From an uncultured Bacilli bacterium (GTDB lineage: Bacteria; Bacillota_I; Bacilli_A; RFN20; CAG-631): a stretch of 64,000 nt of DNA. The stretch spans positions 20,815 through 84,814 of the forward strand of contig CANQVX010000003.1 of assembly GCA_947627355.1 (NCBI GenBank). Direction: 5' to 3'. Of this stretch, positions 63,087 to 64,000 are shown one piece after another; the first letter of the stretch is position 1, and each line of letters starts with the position of its first letter. Position numbers and translations under genes: made by a program. The notes below the pieces were generated by a model. The model did no database searches. It saw only the letters and a list, made by a program, of their open reading frames with translations, and was not told the DNA's origin.

Positions 63087-63368
63087 ATGGAAGAAAAAAA
63101 CAAAGAACCTAGAAATGATGTCCAAGTAACCATTGTAAGAAAATGTAAAAATTGTGGCCAAATTTTATCAGAAAATGCTCAAGATTGTTGGAAATGTTCT
63201 TCAACTGATATTATTGAAACAGCTGAAGAAGTAACAGAAGAATTAACAAAAGATACCTTAGAAGCTAAAATTGATAAAGTAATGCATGAATTCAAAACAT
63301 ATAAAATTGTTTCAATTGTCATGATTGTTTTATGTGCAATTTTAGTCTTATTATGGATAATTAAATAA
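63087..63368 (+). CDS. Small zinc-ribbon protein with C-terminal TM helix
   Basis: CKNC...CWKC plus hydrophobic tail. Confidence 0.7.
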   Translation: MEEKNKEPRNDVQVTIVRKCKNCGQILSENAQDCWKCSSTDIIETAEEVTEELTKDTLEAKIDKVMHEFKTYKIVSIVMIVLCAILVLLWIIK

Positions 63369-63386
63369 TTAAAAGGGAGAAAAACT

Positions 63387-64000
63387 ATGGAAAAGAAAAT
63401 CAAAGTTGCTGTTATTGGTTGTGGAACAATTGCTAATTCCGCACACATTCCTGCATATTTAAAAAATGATGCAGTAGAAATCAAATATTTTTGTGACATT
63501 ATTCTTGAAAAAGCTGAAGCGGCCGTTAAAAAGTATGGTTGTGGTATTGCTATTAAAGACTATCATGAAATCTTAAAAGATGATGAAGTTGTAGCAGTTT
63601 CAGTATGTACACCTAACAACATGCACTCAATTATTTCAATTGATTGTTTAAATGCTAAAAAACATGTTTTATGTGAAAAACCTGCTGCTAGAAATTATAG
63701 TGAAGCTTTAAAAATGCAAGAAGCAGCTCATAAAAACAATTGTATTTTAAACATCGGTGTTGTTAATCGTTTCAATAATGCTGTTAGAACTATTAAAAGT
63801 ATGATTGACAGTGGTGAAATTGGTAAAGTTCATCATGTTCATGTAAGTTTTAGAGCATTTAGATCTATTCCTGGTATCGGTGGTGCTTTTACTAATAAAG
63901 ACATCGCTGGTGGTGGTGTTTTAATTGACTGGGGTGTTCACTATCTTGATATCGTTATGTATTGTATGAATGATCCTAAACCACTTAGTGCCAGTGCTGA
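63387..64000 (+). CDS. Gfo/Idh/MocA family oxidoreductase, runs off the window end
   Basis: Read directly from the sequence (not in the ORF track): MEKKIKVAVIGCGTIANSAHIPAY, CTPN, LCEKP, GGGVLIDWGVH. Confidence 0.92.
   Translation, partial: MEKKIKVAVIGCGTIANSAHIPAYLKNDAVEIKYFCDIILEKAEAAVKKYGCGIAIKDYHEILKDDEVVAVSVCTPNNMHSIISIDCLNAKKHVLCEKPAARNYSEALKMQEAAHKNNCILNIGVVNRFNNAVRTIKSMIDSGEIGKVHHVHVSFRAFRSIPGIGGAFTNKDIAGGGVLIDWGVHYLDIVMYCMNDPKPLSASA

Overview
Very AT-rich chromosomal segment of a low-GC Bacillota (Bacilli-like) bacterium using the standard code: TGA is a stop and Trp is TGG. The compact gene order, short ThrS and Ser-linker lipoproteins suggest a reduced-genome, probably gut-associated lineage (inference). 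Most of the window is housekeeping: mfd-tilS-ftsH-hslO, htpG, truB-ribF-rpsO, T-box thrS-trmB, hrcA-grpE-dnaK-dnaJ, ftsK-ymfF-ymfH-acpS, thyA-folA-plsC-pdp and galT. It also carries a sporulation locus (dacF-spoIIAA-spoIIAB-sigF-spoVAC/D/E/F). I saw no rRNA, tRNA, IS element, prophage or CRISPR array. The items most worth follow-up are: an orphan ~53-nt single-hairpin sRNA with its own promoter and terminator; an ECF sigma / membrane protein / secreted Cys-peptidase module preceded by tandem Spo0A-box-like sites; spoVAF broken at a CCC-TAG +1 shift-prone site; an FtsH with a duplicated extracellular domain; a repeat lipoprotein split mid-repeat, with an SD held away from the start by a hairpin; a Cys-rich DUF11-like candidate spore protein; and CIRCE operators fused with the -35 box at htpG and hrcA. 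All family calls come from motif recognition by eye, not from database searches.
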